DNA of 60,014 nt, the filler included, from Jimgerdemannia flammicorona (taxonomy: Eukaryota): the NCBI GenBank assembly GCA_003990765.1. It is 3 parts of 3 records of this genome, joined end to end, with 100 filler letters (N's around TTAATTAATTAA, not from the genome) between each part and the next. Parts side by side here need not be neighbours in the genome. Positions count along the whole stretch, not along the records: positions 1 to 19,939 come from RBNJ01001798.1; 2 more parts are not named here. The stretch is one strand, 5' to 3'. Below the pieces are notes generated by a model. It was not told the origin of the DNA. It made no database searches and was given only the letters and a program-made list of their open reading frames with translations. The position numbers were made by a program, and so were the translations under genes. This document shows positions 1 through 12,100 of this stretch, piece by piece (positions within the stretch are counted from its first letter, which is position 1; each line of letters opens with the position of its first letter).

Positions 1-515
1 TTTTATAGTCTCTTGAACTTTGCCATTTATTACCAATCTATTAAATATAAATACAGTACCCCAGCCCACTACCCAATCTCCCTAGATGGGACTCTCCCAA
101 TATTCTCATGCTTGAAGACCACCTTACTCTATGCTACTACAACCCTCTCTCCACTCTACCTATAAATCTTCTCCACTAAGTATCACTGCCAACCCCCCTG
201 TAGACTTCATCCCAGCCATCAACCCATTAGGATATCAACCATCAACCCTACCCACCTTGCCAGCTATTCTCCCAAACTCAGTAGCCTCTCCTTCTCAAAA
301 ACAAATAACCAGTATCCAGCCAGCCCCACCTATATAGCTAAAACTCATTTAACTATAAGTCACTTATAATCAATCCCCTCTACCAATCTATCTCTCAAAT
401 CTCTCCATCTATCTTGCTCATCAATCTCCCTCCTCACTACTCTCAGTTGAGTTCCAACTGCCAACCAAAAGTCTCCAAGTACCTCATACTCTCCAATATT
501 ATATTTTGCATATAA
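1..515 (-). mobile_element. 3' end fragment of L1/Tx1-like LINE (degenerate)
   Basis: Reverse complement ends ...ttcaagagactataaaa, matching the 3' terminus (gtccaagtgactataaaa-polyA) of the LINE copies ending at 14765, 22569 and 30949; pyrimidine-rich plus strand like other minus-strand copies. Confidence 0.75.
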
Positions 516-894
516 GAATTATACTTTTATATAGCAATAAACAGCTAATGTATTTTCAGTTATTTGTTCCCCTTATATACCTTTTTATATATCTTCTTTC
601 TACTTTGAATGTGGCTCTGGGTTCATTCCTCTGGCTCTTACTAGGTCTTCTTTCTCTACTAAGCATTTTCAGCATCAATATCTGAACTATTATCTTCATT
701 TGAATCAGAGCCACTCTATTTAACAGATTCTTCTTCTTCTTCTTCTGAGAATAGGATTTCAATATGATTGATAATGCTCAGGTAGATAGTGGGATTCATT
801 TGTTATATATTGTTTAGAGAGAACTGTATCTATATCAGTGCTGGGGTATCAATATTAGTAAAAGGCTTTACTGTCTTCTAGTTACAGAGAGACC

Positions 895-2548
895 TTTTTT
901 TTTTTTATTTTTTTTTTATTTTTTTTATAGTCTTATAGACTTCTAATTTATTACCTAACCATTTAAGATATATTTCTAATATATATGTATCCCTTATCCA
1001 ATCCTACTTAGAAAGTCTCTCTCCTCCTTACCATTACTCTAAAACACTGCCCACCACCCTGTCATCCTAATTCCCCCCCTACTCTATATATAAATTATCT
1101 TCTCCAGTAGCAGCCTTTGACCTCACTCAAACACTGAAAGCCAATATCCAGCCATACTGACCCAAATCACCAGCATCCATCCTAATGTCAACCACTCATC
1201 TCCCACCCCTCCCCCACCATCCTCCTCCATAGGTCACCCCACCTCTCTCCAATTATCAGTTCTGGTATATACACTCCCAGCCATACCTCAATCTCCCTCC
1301 AAAAGTCTCCCATCACCTTGTACTCCCCTAGCCAGTATTTAGAGGTCTGCACTACCCCTCCCTTCTATTCAACATTATAGTACTCCTCATACTCCTAATA
1401 CTCCTGAGTACTCTCCTCCACTAAGTGATTCATCTGATAGTTCAATAAGTAATCACTCCATCCCAGAAGAGTATGTTCCCACTCTGACAATCTCTGCTCT
1501 CACTACTCACATAGTAATAAGGAGCCATATACCAAAAAATAGATTCTCAGATATCAAACTGCCTCTCCTACTGGGAGAATTGTTCCAATCACATCCCCAT
1601 CTACTATCTCTCTGCCCAGCAACAAAGTCTCACACTTATATCAGTTAAGCTTTATACCAGACACCCCTCATACTACTCTATGATATCCTTCAGGACTACA
1701 ATATCTACAACTAACCCCAGCCCAACCACCATATCATCAGCAAATACCCCACCTTCCAATTAACCCCTAATATGATCAACTCTCCTACCTTGTGCCATAT
1801 TCTATCTAAAAGAGGCTCTAGTGATAGCATATATAGTATTGGTGACAGTAGATCCCCCTGCATTACTTCTCTGTCCAATAGAAATGAATATCCCCTGTAC
1901 TCATTTGCTATGATCACTGTCTTTCTTCCAACAGACTGACTAAGGCTCACAATACCCTATAAGGGACTCTAATGTTCTTCAACACTCTTTCCAACCATAC
2001 TTACTGGACTCTATCATAGGCCTTTTCTTGGTCCAGAAAGACCAGTTGTCCATCTACCCCTATAGTATGTACACTCTCAATGATACTATGCACCCAGGCC
2101 ATCTTATCTCTAATTAGACAACTTTCTACAAATCCTCTCTGCTCTACTCTCAGAACTTGTTGAGCCACTCTCTGCAGCTTAGCTACTAATATCTTCATGA
2201 CCAGCTTATGATCTATATCTAAAAGTATGATTGGCCTCCAGTTCTTCCACTCCTCTCTCCTCTCTTTATTCTTAAACAGCAGAGCCACAAGACCTAAGCT
2301 CTGCCCTCCAAACCACTCTCCAGAGTCTATTACTTCATTGTACATTGCCATTATTTTCTTTAGGACCAGCTCAACTCCTGCCATCTTCTTCCAGAAATCC
2401 TACCATAACCTATCCTCTCTAGGTGCAGTCCTAGAGCTTATCATTCTCAGCACTTGCTGGATCTTCTCCCCCTGGACAGCAGTACCAAGTTGTCCTAGGC
2501 CTGCCACTGGATTCAGGTGCCATTTCTCCATGTATCTGTAAATGTCCA
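895..2548 (-). mobile_element. LINE 3' half (RT region to poly(A)), degenerate, with internal deletions
   Basis: Poly(T) 895-926; minus-strand ORFs give RT motifs KNWRPIILLDIDHKL, FLDQEKAYDRV, QGDLLSPILY homologous to ORF2 of the 25155-30949 copy. Confidence 0.9.
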
Positions 2549-3690
2549 CTCAGAACACAGAGACTGCAGACATCAGAAGATTCACCTCAGTCAGGATGTT
2601 ATAGTCCATACTCTAAAGAGAGAAGACAACAGAACTCAGATCCAAAAAAGCCAGACCAAGAAACCAGAAAGAAAGATTTTAAGATCTATGATTTGTGAGA
2701 AGACATCCTGGCCCTCATTAGACATATAACTCACTGAGAATGGGTAGAAGATGCTACCAATTTTAAGGATACCCTAGACCTCACAGGAAAAAGAGGAATC
2801 AATTATCTCTGAGATCCTTCTACTGGAACCTGATGGCCACACCTCAACCAGAGCTTGGAGACTTTCTGCTAGTAGAGCTTCAGCCTAAGAACAGTCTTAA
2901 CTCAGCTAAGATATTGCCCAGTATATCCTACAATACCCCAAGGCCAAACTCTCAACCAAAGCTCATCAAGAAGATATAGAGTATGACCTATATAGTCTGG
3001 AGGACAAATCCATTAAGCCCGGAAGAACATTGGTGTCCAGAACTAGACTAGCCATACAGCCACCCAAAGGAACTTACATCCAACTAACCTCAAGATTGAA
3101 CTTGCCAGCCAAGGTGTAACTGTTGAAGGAAGAACTATAGATCCAAGATATAAAGGTGAAATCAAGATCATCCTGCTTAATAGTATATAGAATGGTACTA
3201 AATTCTTAGAGACCAGAAGATTTCTCAAGCAGTCTTCATAAAAGTCAAGATCCCTCAATTACAAGAAGTCTCTAAACTGACTGAAGGAACAAGGCAAGCT
3301 AAAGGATTTAGAAGCTCAGAAAAGAAGGAAGTACATCTCTTTCAGATCAACTATCTCAAGAAGAATACACCTCAGTAAGTATATCACAAACTAGTCAAAC
3401 TGTACAAAAATCTCATCCTGGAGCCTGGAGAGCAAACCATTCTCAAAATCTTTGCACCACTCGACCCCAGGAATCTCTTCTTTAAACTAATGAAGATATC
3501 TCAAATCTGGACATTGAAGGACACACATTCCCTGACAAAATGAATTCAGTATACTCCTGAGTAACCAACCAGAGCTGGGAAAGCATCATCTTGCCAAAAG
3601 GAACCATCATAGGACATCTAGTGTCCTTTCTCAACTGAATCTATAGAGAAGTCTATAACCTAAACTTATTAGGAAACAGTAAAAGGTCTC
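2549..3690 (+). mobile_element. LTR-retrotransposon relic containing a dUTPase pseudogene (~2930-3320) and a possible second degenerate dUTPase-like segment (~3400-3620)
   Basis: Manual translation across frameshifts: TKAHQEDIEYDLYS (motif 1), PPKGTYIQL, EGRTIDPRYKGEIKIILLN (motif 3), QKISQAVF (motif 4), TRQAKGFRSS (motif 5). Confidence 0.75.
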
Positions 3691-6600
3691 AGAAGAAAGA
3701 AACGACCCCTTCTTCTTTCTCCAGTAACATTCACGTTACACAACCTTCTAGCAACACTCACAACTTCATTTTTGAAGAAAAGATACTAGTAATATTACAA
3801 CTGATATGTATACTGAGATTTATGCTGAGCAGGATGACCCTAGCACATTTAACTGGCAGTATGTGGAGAGGGGCCCAGGCTTGGGGGGAAGCATGAGGGG
3901 CCTGCTGGCAGGAGGATATAGAAAGGGAGGGGGCAGTGCTGGTAGATAGGGGACCAGGAGGACAAGCTTTGCTGATAAGATGAAAGGGGGTCAGCTGGTA
4001 ACTGGACTGGAGAGCTGACTATGAAAGGGCAAGGAGATAGTAAAGACTTAAGGGCATGGGGGAGCAGTCCTTGAGGGTAGGAATAGAGGAGCTGGGGGAG
4101 TAGAGACAGGGATGAGTGAGACTGCTGATAGCAGGGGGACTGCCAATTTGGAAAAAAAATCCAGATGTAATAGCTAATGGTAGAGCTGGACAGAGGGGGG
4201 CATGAGGCCCAGAGATCTGACAGATATTGTAACAGGCCTTGTGGCAGCCCTATTACTTAAGAAATTGAGATCAGAATTTACTATCACATTGTGCTTCTGA
4301 GACTTAGCAGTTAGGAAAAGAATGATTCTGGGGCTGGTGGCTCAGAAGGTAAAGGGGGCCACTTTGGTGAAGTTTTTGAAGGAGAAGAAAGAGATGGAAG
4401 TTGGCTTCAAGCAGAAGGAGGTACTATTAGAGATGATGGAGAAGGAGATAATAGTATAGGGAGTGATGATTCCTATAGCATAGTGCTTATACTGGGATCC
4501 TCGAGTGGTATAGTTGATAGTGCTGGAAATATTGATAGTATTGAAGAAAATGGCCAGGAGGCTGATTGTAGAGGCAGTCAAGGAGTATGGAGAGATCATA
4601 GATGTTGGGTTTAGGGTCTGAGAGGGTACTGAGCTCAGAACAAGAGATGTGGATATCCAGGTATAGCTGATGGGCAAGGAGACTATGGGGAAGGTGAGGG
4701 ACTGGCCAGTGGTGCTAAGTGGGGCCTGGTGGAATACAAGGTCATGTGGGTGAAGAGGATATTGATAGAGGAAGAGGACTTACTAGAGGTACTGAAAGAT
4801 CTGGCTGGGGCTGTGAAGAGGAGGAGATTGGTCTAAAAGAAGTATGAGGCCAAGATAGTAGTAGAGATGATCAATGGCAAGAAGGTATAGTTGGATCAGG
4901 CAGTCTGAGAGAGGGCACAGGGGAGACAAGTTCAGAAGGAGCTGCTGGTGAAGTTGAAAGGGAGGGCAGCTGGAGAGAATACCACTAATATAGTCAGATT
5001 GAAGGTGAGTGCTTAGGCAGGAGAGAAGGGAGCAGTACCAGGGGGAGAGCCTGGGAGGGGAGGAGGGCACAGAGATGAGTATCACTGTGGAGGATGCAGA
5101 AATGGCAGAGAGTGAGGGCCTATATTATGGAGTGCCTAATGGGGCTGGGGATGATGACAAACTACAGAATATTCTGAAGAAAGACTGGGATAAGTCAGCA
5201 AAGAGGAATGCAGAGAGAAGATAGGTGGAAGAGAGAATAGGGGTAGCTCAGAGAGTGACTCAGAAAGTAGCAGAGGCTGAGCTAGAGGAGAAATAGCTGT
5301 AGAAGATACTGGAGAATGTGGTGGCTGAGGAGCTGGGAGGAGAAGACTTTCAGGTAATAAGTGAGAGACACTAGAGAGAGATCTTATATGGGGAGGAGGT
5401 GCCATAGAAACTCCAAGATGAGATAATGGCAATATTATTGAAGATTGAGGTATATCAGGTAGATGATGCCAGGGAGGAGGCACTAAGGAGGGTGGCAAGT
5501 GACAGGGCCACATATATGTATGGCCTAAGTAAAGGACTAGTAAAGTGGCAGATAGTATGTAAAGAGTACTAGACAAAGATGGAGGCTGTAGATGGTATAG
5601 ATTGTTAGGAGATTTTGGCAGCATTAGAGGCTCAATAGGGAGAGACAGATGACCTGGAAGCAGAAAGGAACCTGAATTTGGCTGGAGATATAAGGAGTAT
5701 TGAACTGTAGAGTGAATGGATGGGCTTCAACCAAAATTATTCAATATGAATAGTACAACTAGAATCTTATCTCTGAATATCAATGGGCTATGAGGTGAGG
5801 TGAGATAGTATAATATTTTTGGATGGCTGAAGGGGATGGAGGCAGACTTGTTTTTACTATAGAATATTAGGTGTAATAGAGAGTGGGATAGTCAGGATTG
5901 GATAAAGGAATAGAGGGGAGTGGTAGTTTGGAGTAAATGGATGGGTATTCTGATTAGGAAGGATAAGGGGGATATTAGATATATTGAACAATGGGGGAGC
6001 AGGCTAGTGTGGGGAGTTTGGAAGAGGCCAGGCTGGAGGCCTTTGGTAGTTGGATCATGCTACTGTCTGGCAGAAAGAGGAGAGAGAGTGGAATAGATCT
6101 GAGGGCTGTGAGAGTCTAGAGTACTAGTGGAGACAGGGATTAATTGTCTTGGGGAGAACTTCAATATAATATGCAATGAGAAGATAGATAGAACTGATGG
6201 GGGTAAGGAGATGTTGGGTAGGAGTGGGGGTATGGAAGCTTGGGAAGAGATCAAATATCTATATGTTTTGGTAGATACTAGGAGACTTGGATAGGGAGAT
6301 CATAGAGTCTTTATCTACTGGGTGGTAGGATTGAGCTTGAGGAGTGGCTGGATGTTGACTGCAGATTACTAGAGAGTAGATATCTGCATAATCTTAGAGA
6401 CAGTTTGGTGTCCATGGTCAGATCACTGGAGTCTATTAGGAGGGGGGTGTTTTGGAAGAAGTAGGGAGGGGCCTGGACACTAGTGACTAAATATCTCCTT
6501 ACTAGATGAGGAGTCTCTATAAGAGACCTGAGTGATAGACATTAGTGGCTAGAGAGAGGCAGATCTAGAGATTGGGGATCAGTAGAGGTGATTGAAGTCT

Positions 6601-7039
6601 GTGGTACAACAGTACTGAGAAGAGGCAGAAAGGATCTGGGAGACCCAGAGGAAGCAGAGATTGAGATGGGCCTCTCAAAGGCTGATGAGGATGTTAGAGA
6701 CTTGGGCAGATCTGGAAAATATAGGTGTGGAGGGAGATTGGTGGCTTTGGCAGACTAGGCTAGAGGCAGAGGAGCTGGAAGATATACTGAGACAGAAGGA
6801 GGACCTACAGGTTAAAAGCATGACTACTAGGCTATGGTTGTAGGAACTAGAGAAAAGAGAATGGCCTACTAAGTTTTTATCATATCTATTGTAGGTGAGA
6901 AGAGTCTGGCAGTGGTAGGAGAGAGTTCTGGATGAGGCAGGAGAGCTGGTTAGAGAGATACCAGAGATACTGGACAAGTTGAGCAAGCAGTAGAAATACC
7001 TATAGAATAAGAAGAATGGTGAGAAGGGGGCTACTGGAC
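3691..7039 (+). mobile_element. LINE 5' half (5'UTR, ORF1, APE endonuclease part of ORF2), degenerate
   Basis: 5'UTR similar to 25155 copy (ccagtaacattca); ORF1 homology (NLEKNPDV, LKKLRSEF); ORF2 start atgaatagtacaact at ~5746 with SLNINGL and PWSDH motifs; many in-frame stops. Confidence 0.9.
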
Positions 7040-8340
7040 CAGTATAGATAAATATACTATTTCTAGTATCTCTGGTTAATTATATAGGTTGGCATAGTAA
7101 AGCATTCTTGATTACTTAGAATACTAGATATAGTATGTGGCTAATTTATAATTTCAGTAGTATAATTCTATTACTTATCACACTATATATATATTATAAT
7201 ATATCTGGCTCAATGGAGACAAATTACAAGGTTAGGGGTTGATATAGTTTGGCTTGAGCCCCTAGTTACTTTGTCAAAAGCAACAAAATATTTATATTTT
7301 CTAGTATTCTTATTAGTGTTTAGTGGTATAATAGTCAATCTGAATATCTGTGTGTGATTTCCTTATTGGGATGGGTTCTTAGATATAGTGGTGATTTTGT
7401 ATGTAGCATAGGTAGTCTAGCAATTTAGTAGTTTTCTTATGTGATTTCTGCATGATGATCTCTATATAGTGTAATGATCTTCAAAAGTATGTAATTTCTG
7501 ACAGATAACTTGATTTGGTATAAATTCTTCTAAATTGGCATACTTTTTGGATAATAACTTAGACAATGTAGATTCTTCTGGAATCAGCTTACTGAAATAG
7601 AGAGTAGGGTGGATTCTTCTAAATTGGGCTCACTGAGAACAGACAAATAACTCAGATGGCATGGATAACTTGGATAACTCAGACAATATAGATAACTTGG
7701 ATGTTGCAGATTCTTAGTAAGTTATATCAAAGACTGGCTTCATTTGTATAAGATTATATCATAGACTGGCTCTACTGCAAAGTTGCATCTGATAGACTAG
7801 CTTGGTGACAAGGATCAGGCTCTTCTGGGAATAACAGACTTCTCTTGAAAATGGCAGCTTATTCCTATGCAGCAGATTACTCAAATGGCAGTAAAGTTCT
7901 TCCTTGAACTTAGCAGATTTCTTGGATTCTTCAGGCTTACCTGACAAATGAATCAAAATGGACTTATTCTTTATATTGGAAAGTGGACCAGAGTGAGAAA
8001 AGGGGACTAATGCTCAATCTTTAGAGGCTTCTTTGGTTTGTACTTCAATTCAGACTCAGGTTTATTCACTCTTATCTCTGGGGTATTTTATACAAGTTAA
8101 TTGCTACCTAATTACTATATGGCTAATTATAGAAGACTATTTAGGGCAGATGTTTCTGGTTCTGTACAAGTGTTCAGGTCCTATATCAGTATTTAGATCC
8201 TGTATAGATATCTTTTCTAATATGTTTAGCTAATTATATAAGTTATCATAATAAAGCAATCCTAGCTATTCAGACATGTTTGACTGTCTTTTATATGCCT
8301 GGACATATTTGACTGTCTTTTGTATACTCAATATGATATA
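7040..8340 (-). mobile_element. Probable degenerate LTR and gag region of the LTR element continued at 2549
   Basis: Minus strand has gtataaaatacccc (compare gtataaatacccc in the 36539 LTR) near 8080-8095; joins 2549 seamlessly if 2544-7039 is re-inverted. No clean protein motif is readable. Confidence 0.35.
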
Positions 8341-9060
8341 ATGTTTTTGGTAGTATGATTTCTACTACTTATCACAATATTAAAAATATATTTATCTGTT
8401 GAAATATATCTTTACCAATCTAATATCTTTTAAAATTTTTGCTAATTTCAAATAAAACACATATCTCTTATAGAATTGTTATTGCTATTTTTGAATATTA
8501 TTTTTCCAATATCATCAGATGTCCAATAATATCTAGAAGAAATTTTCTCTCTATTAAACCAGTACCTTTACTTTTTTTTCATAAAAGTTATTCTTCTTTT
8601 AGTCTTATCTATATCTAAGATCATTATTAATATTAAAAATAGTCTCATTATGAGTAACTAAGACATGTTGCTCTCCAAATAAAATATTATATATATAATA
8701 ATAGTTGAAGATCTTAATCCTATTTAACTATTAATAACTCTCATTTAGCTAGTTGTTGTAAAAATTGTTTATAGTGAGTTTTGATATTTTTATATTGATA
8801 ACATCCCATTTTAACCATTTATTTTCATCAGTTTCCTTATGAATAGTTATTGTCTTTATTAGTAGATTAAGTCTTGGAAAAATCTCTATCTCAAAATGTT
8901 TAGTTTTTAACTATAAGTTAAACATTCTTCTCTTTAAGAAGACTTTTAACTTTCACATATTTTCCTTATTTGATAGTGGAAATAAGTTTTTTATTAATCC
9001 AATTCTATCTTTATTTTAGTATAATAATATCTATAGTTGACACTTTCTGCAATAAGATTA

Positions 9061-9183
9061 CCTATTAATAGAGACTCATTGATAGAGAACTGTCAATAGA
9101 GACTCACTAATAAAGAACTATTGATGGAGGCTCACTGATAGAGAACCATCAATAGAGGCTTACTAATAGAGAACTATTAATAG
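9061..9183. repeat. Degenerate ~29-bp tandem repeat (gactcactgatagagaactatcaataga), left part
   Basis: About 4 units visible; the same unit resumes after the LINE poly(A) at 14766. Confidence 0.8.
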
Positions 9184-12100
9184 TCATCTTTCTCTAGTAC
9201 ATTCAGATTATATGAACTTCAGAAAATACTTCAATTGATATTTTTAGTAAAAAGATGATAATAATATAATAAGCAATGACCAATCTGGGGAGAGTACTAG
9301 ACAGGGCAGCCCTAGTGCCTTTGACTAGCAGCATATAGAAAGGGGTCAAGGTATAGGTTTGGAGATACCAAGTACTGCTCTGAGGAGATGGGGGGCTGGT
9401 AGTAGTAGAAGGAGTAGAAGGCAGCAGGAGACAGGATGATTGATCTTTGCTGATAAGGTCAAGATGAGAGTATGAGCAATGGGACTAGATGGATGGCTGA
9501 AGCTATGAAAGGAGAAGGTAGCTACAGGAGAGAAGGGGAGAGCCCTTCTGGGGGATCAGAGTAGTGGGGCTAGTGATATAGTAGCTGAAGAGATAACTGC
9601 TGATGGGGTATAATGGGCAATCTGGAAAAAAATTTAGATAGAACTACTGATGGTAAACTGAGTTGTGGGGAGAGCATGAGGCCTAGTGATCTTGCTAATA
9701 GTATAATAAAGCTGGTGGTAGTACCATTACTTAAGAAGTTGAGATCTGAATTTACAGTTATAATATACTTCTGGGGTCTGGTAGTGATGGTAAAGATAGT
9801 ACTGGAGCTCTTGACCAAGGAAGTGAAGAATATAGCCTCAGTAAAGTTTTTGAAAATGTTTGAGTCAGTAGAGGTGGGCTTTGAGAAGGAGGAGTTATTA
9901 TTGGGGACTTTGGAGAATGGGCTAGCAATTGAGGGAGTGACAGTTCTAATGGTAAGGTATATGTGCTTGGATTCTCAGATAGTATAACTGGTAGTGGTTG
10001 ACCTGCTAACTGTTAAGAAGAAGAAGGCCAGGCAGTTAGTTATGGATGTGATCAAGGAGTTTAGCAATATTATCAATGATAGATTTTGGATCTGAGAGGA
10101 GATAGAGCTTAGGACTGGAGATGTGAATATCAGAGTGAGACTGATAGAGAAGGAGAATACTGGAAAAGAGAGGGACTGACTGTGGTACTAAGGTGAGAAT
10201 CTGTGAAATATAAGATATTGAGGATGTAGAAGATACTGAAGGAGGAGAAGGATCTGCTAGAGATACTAGAGGATATAGTGGGAGCAGTTGAGAGGAGACA
10301 AAGAGCTTGGAAGAAGTATGAGGATAGAACAGTGGTTGAGATTATCAATAGCAAGAAGGTGCAGATAGACTGGACTCTCTAGGAAAAGGCACAGGGAAGA
10401 AAGGTACAGAAGGAGCTATTGATAAATCTGAGAGGAGATCCAATAGAAGTTGAGATGACTGGGGGGGAGGGCACAAGGGTTTATATATAGGCTGAGATAA
10501 GACAGTAAGGGGATGGCCAGGAGGGAAAAAAGAGACCAAGGTTGAAGGAGGTAGTGGCAGATATAGAGATGGTAGAGCAGGTATTGATTCAGTATAGAGT
10601 TCCATGCATTGGAGAGGAGGAGCTACAGGATGTGTTGAGTAATGGATGAGATGGGTTCAGGAGAACAGAGGAGGGGGAGAGAGCAGGAGTCAGCCTAGAG
10701 AGAGGAGGCAGTTGGGAGAGAGAAGTGGCTGTAGAAGGTAATGACAAATATAGTGATGGAGGAGATGAGAGAGATAGACTTTTGAGTGATTAGTAAGGCC
10801 TTCTGAGGAGTGGTACTGAGAAGTGAGAGAGTGGTGAGGAAGTTGAGAGATGAGATAATGGCAGTACTGTTGGAGGAGGAGGAGTATAAGGTGGATGGGA
10901 TCTGAGAGACAACTCTTCTTGGTATTACAAATGATCAGGCAGCATATCTGTAGGGGCCAAGGAACAGGCTGGCAAAATGGCAGGTTGTGTGTAAGAAATA
11001 CCAAGTATCTATAGAAATGGTAGATAGAGAGGATTGTATGAAGTTATTGGCAGCTCTGAATGAATAGTAGGAATTGGAGGCAGATATTGAGGCTGAGCAG
11101 AACTTGGATTTGGCAGAAGAGAATATGAGTATAGAATTATAGAGTGGCTTCATAACTCCATAACATTTTTTGCTATAAACAATATAACTAATATATTTTC
11201 TATAAATATTAATAGACTTTGGGGGGCTGGGAGATAATGCAAAATCTTTGGCTAGCTGAGGAGACTGGATACTGATTTGTTCCTACTTCAGAATGTACAG
11301 TATGAGGTCAAGGATGATATATTGGAATAGACAAGAGAGTGGGGGGGCATAGTGATATGGTAGGAGAAGGTGGAAATAGTGGTCAGGAAGGAGAAGAGAG
11401 ATATTGGAGATATTAGACATTGGGAGAGCAGACTGATATGGGGATTGTAGCATAGATCAGACTGGGGTAATGTAGTTGTAGGATCTTATTACTATCTGGC
11501 AGAGAGGGCAGCCAGGATAGAATGGATACAAGGATTGCAGAACTCTGGTGCTCTGGTGGAGACTAGAGTAGACTGTCTGAGTGGGAACTTTAATATGGTC
11601 CAGGATAGCAGACTGGACAGAACAGATGGAGGAAGGGGAATGCCTGGAAGAAGTGGAGGAATAGAGGACTGGGAGGAGATTGAGATGCTTGGTGCTCTGG
11701 TGGATGCAGTATAGAATTAGAGTAGTGAATATCAGATGTATATACATTGGGTAGGAGGGTTGGACTCTAGGATCAATTGGATTTTGACAGCTGAGGACTA
11801 GGGAGAGACAGTTTAGGAGAAAGTGGAGGTGGAATGGTACCCCTGGTCAGATCATTAGGGTGTCTATAGTAGAGGGAGATTTGGAGAAAGTGGGGAGGGG
11901 CCTGGACATTGGCATCTGAACTTCTTGCCGTTAGATGAAGCTACTCTGTGGAATTCCTGGAAGTGGATTGTTAAGTTCCAGATCATCACATGGCAGGGGG
12001 CAGGTATAGGCATTGAAGACTGGTAGTGGAGATTAAAGTCTGAGACTCAGTATTTCTAAGGTGAGGCAGAGAATGCATGGGGGGCTCAGAGACATAGAAG

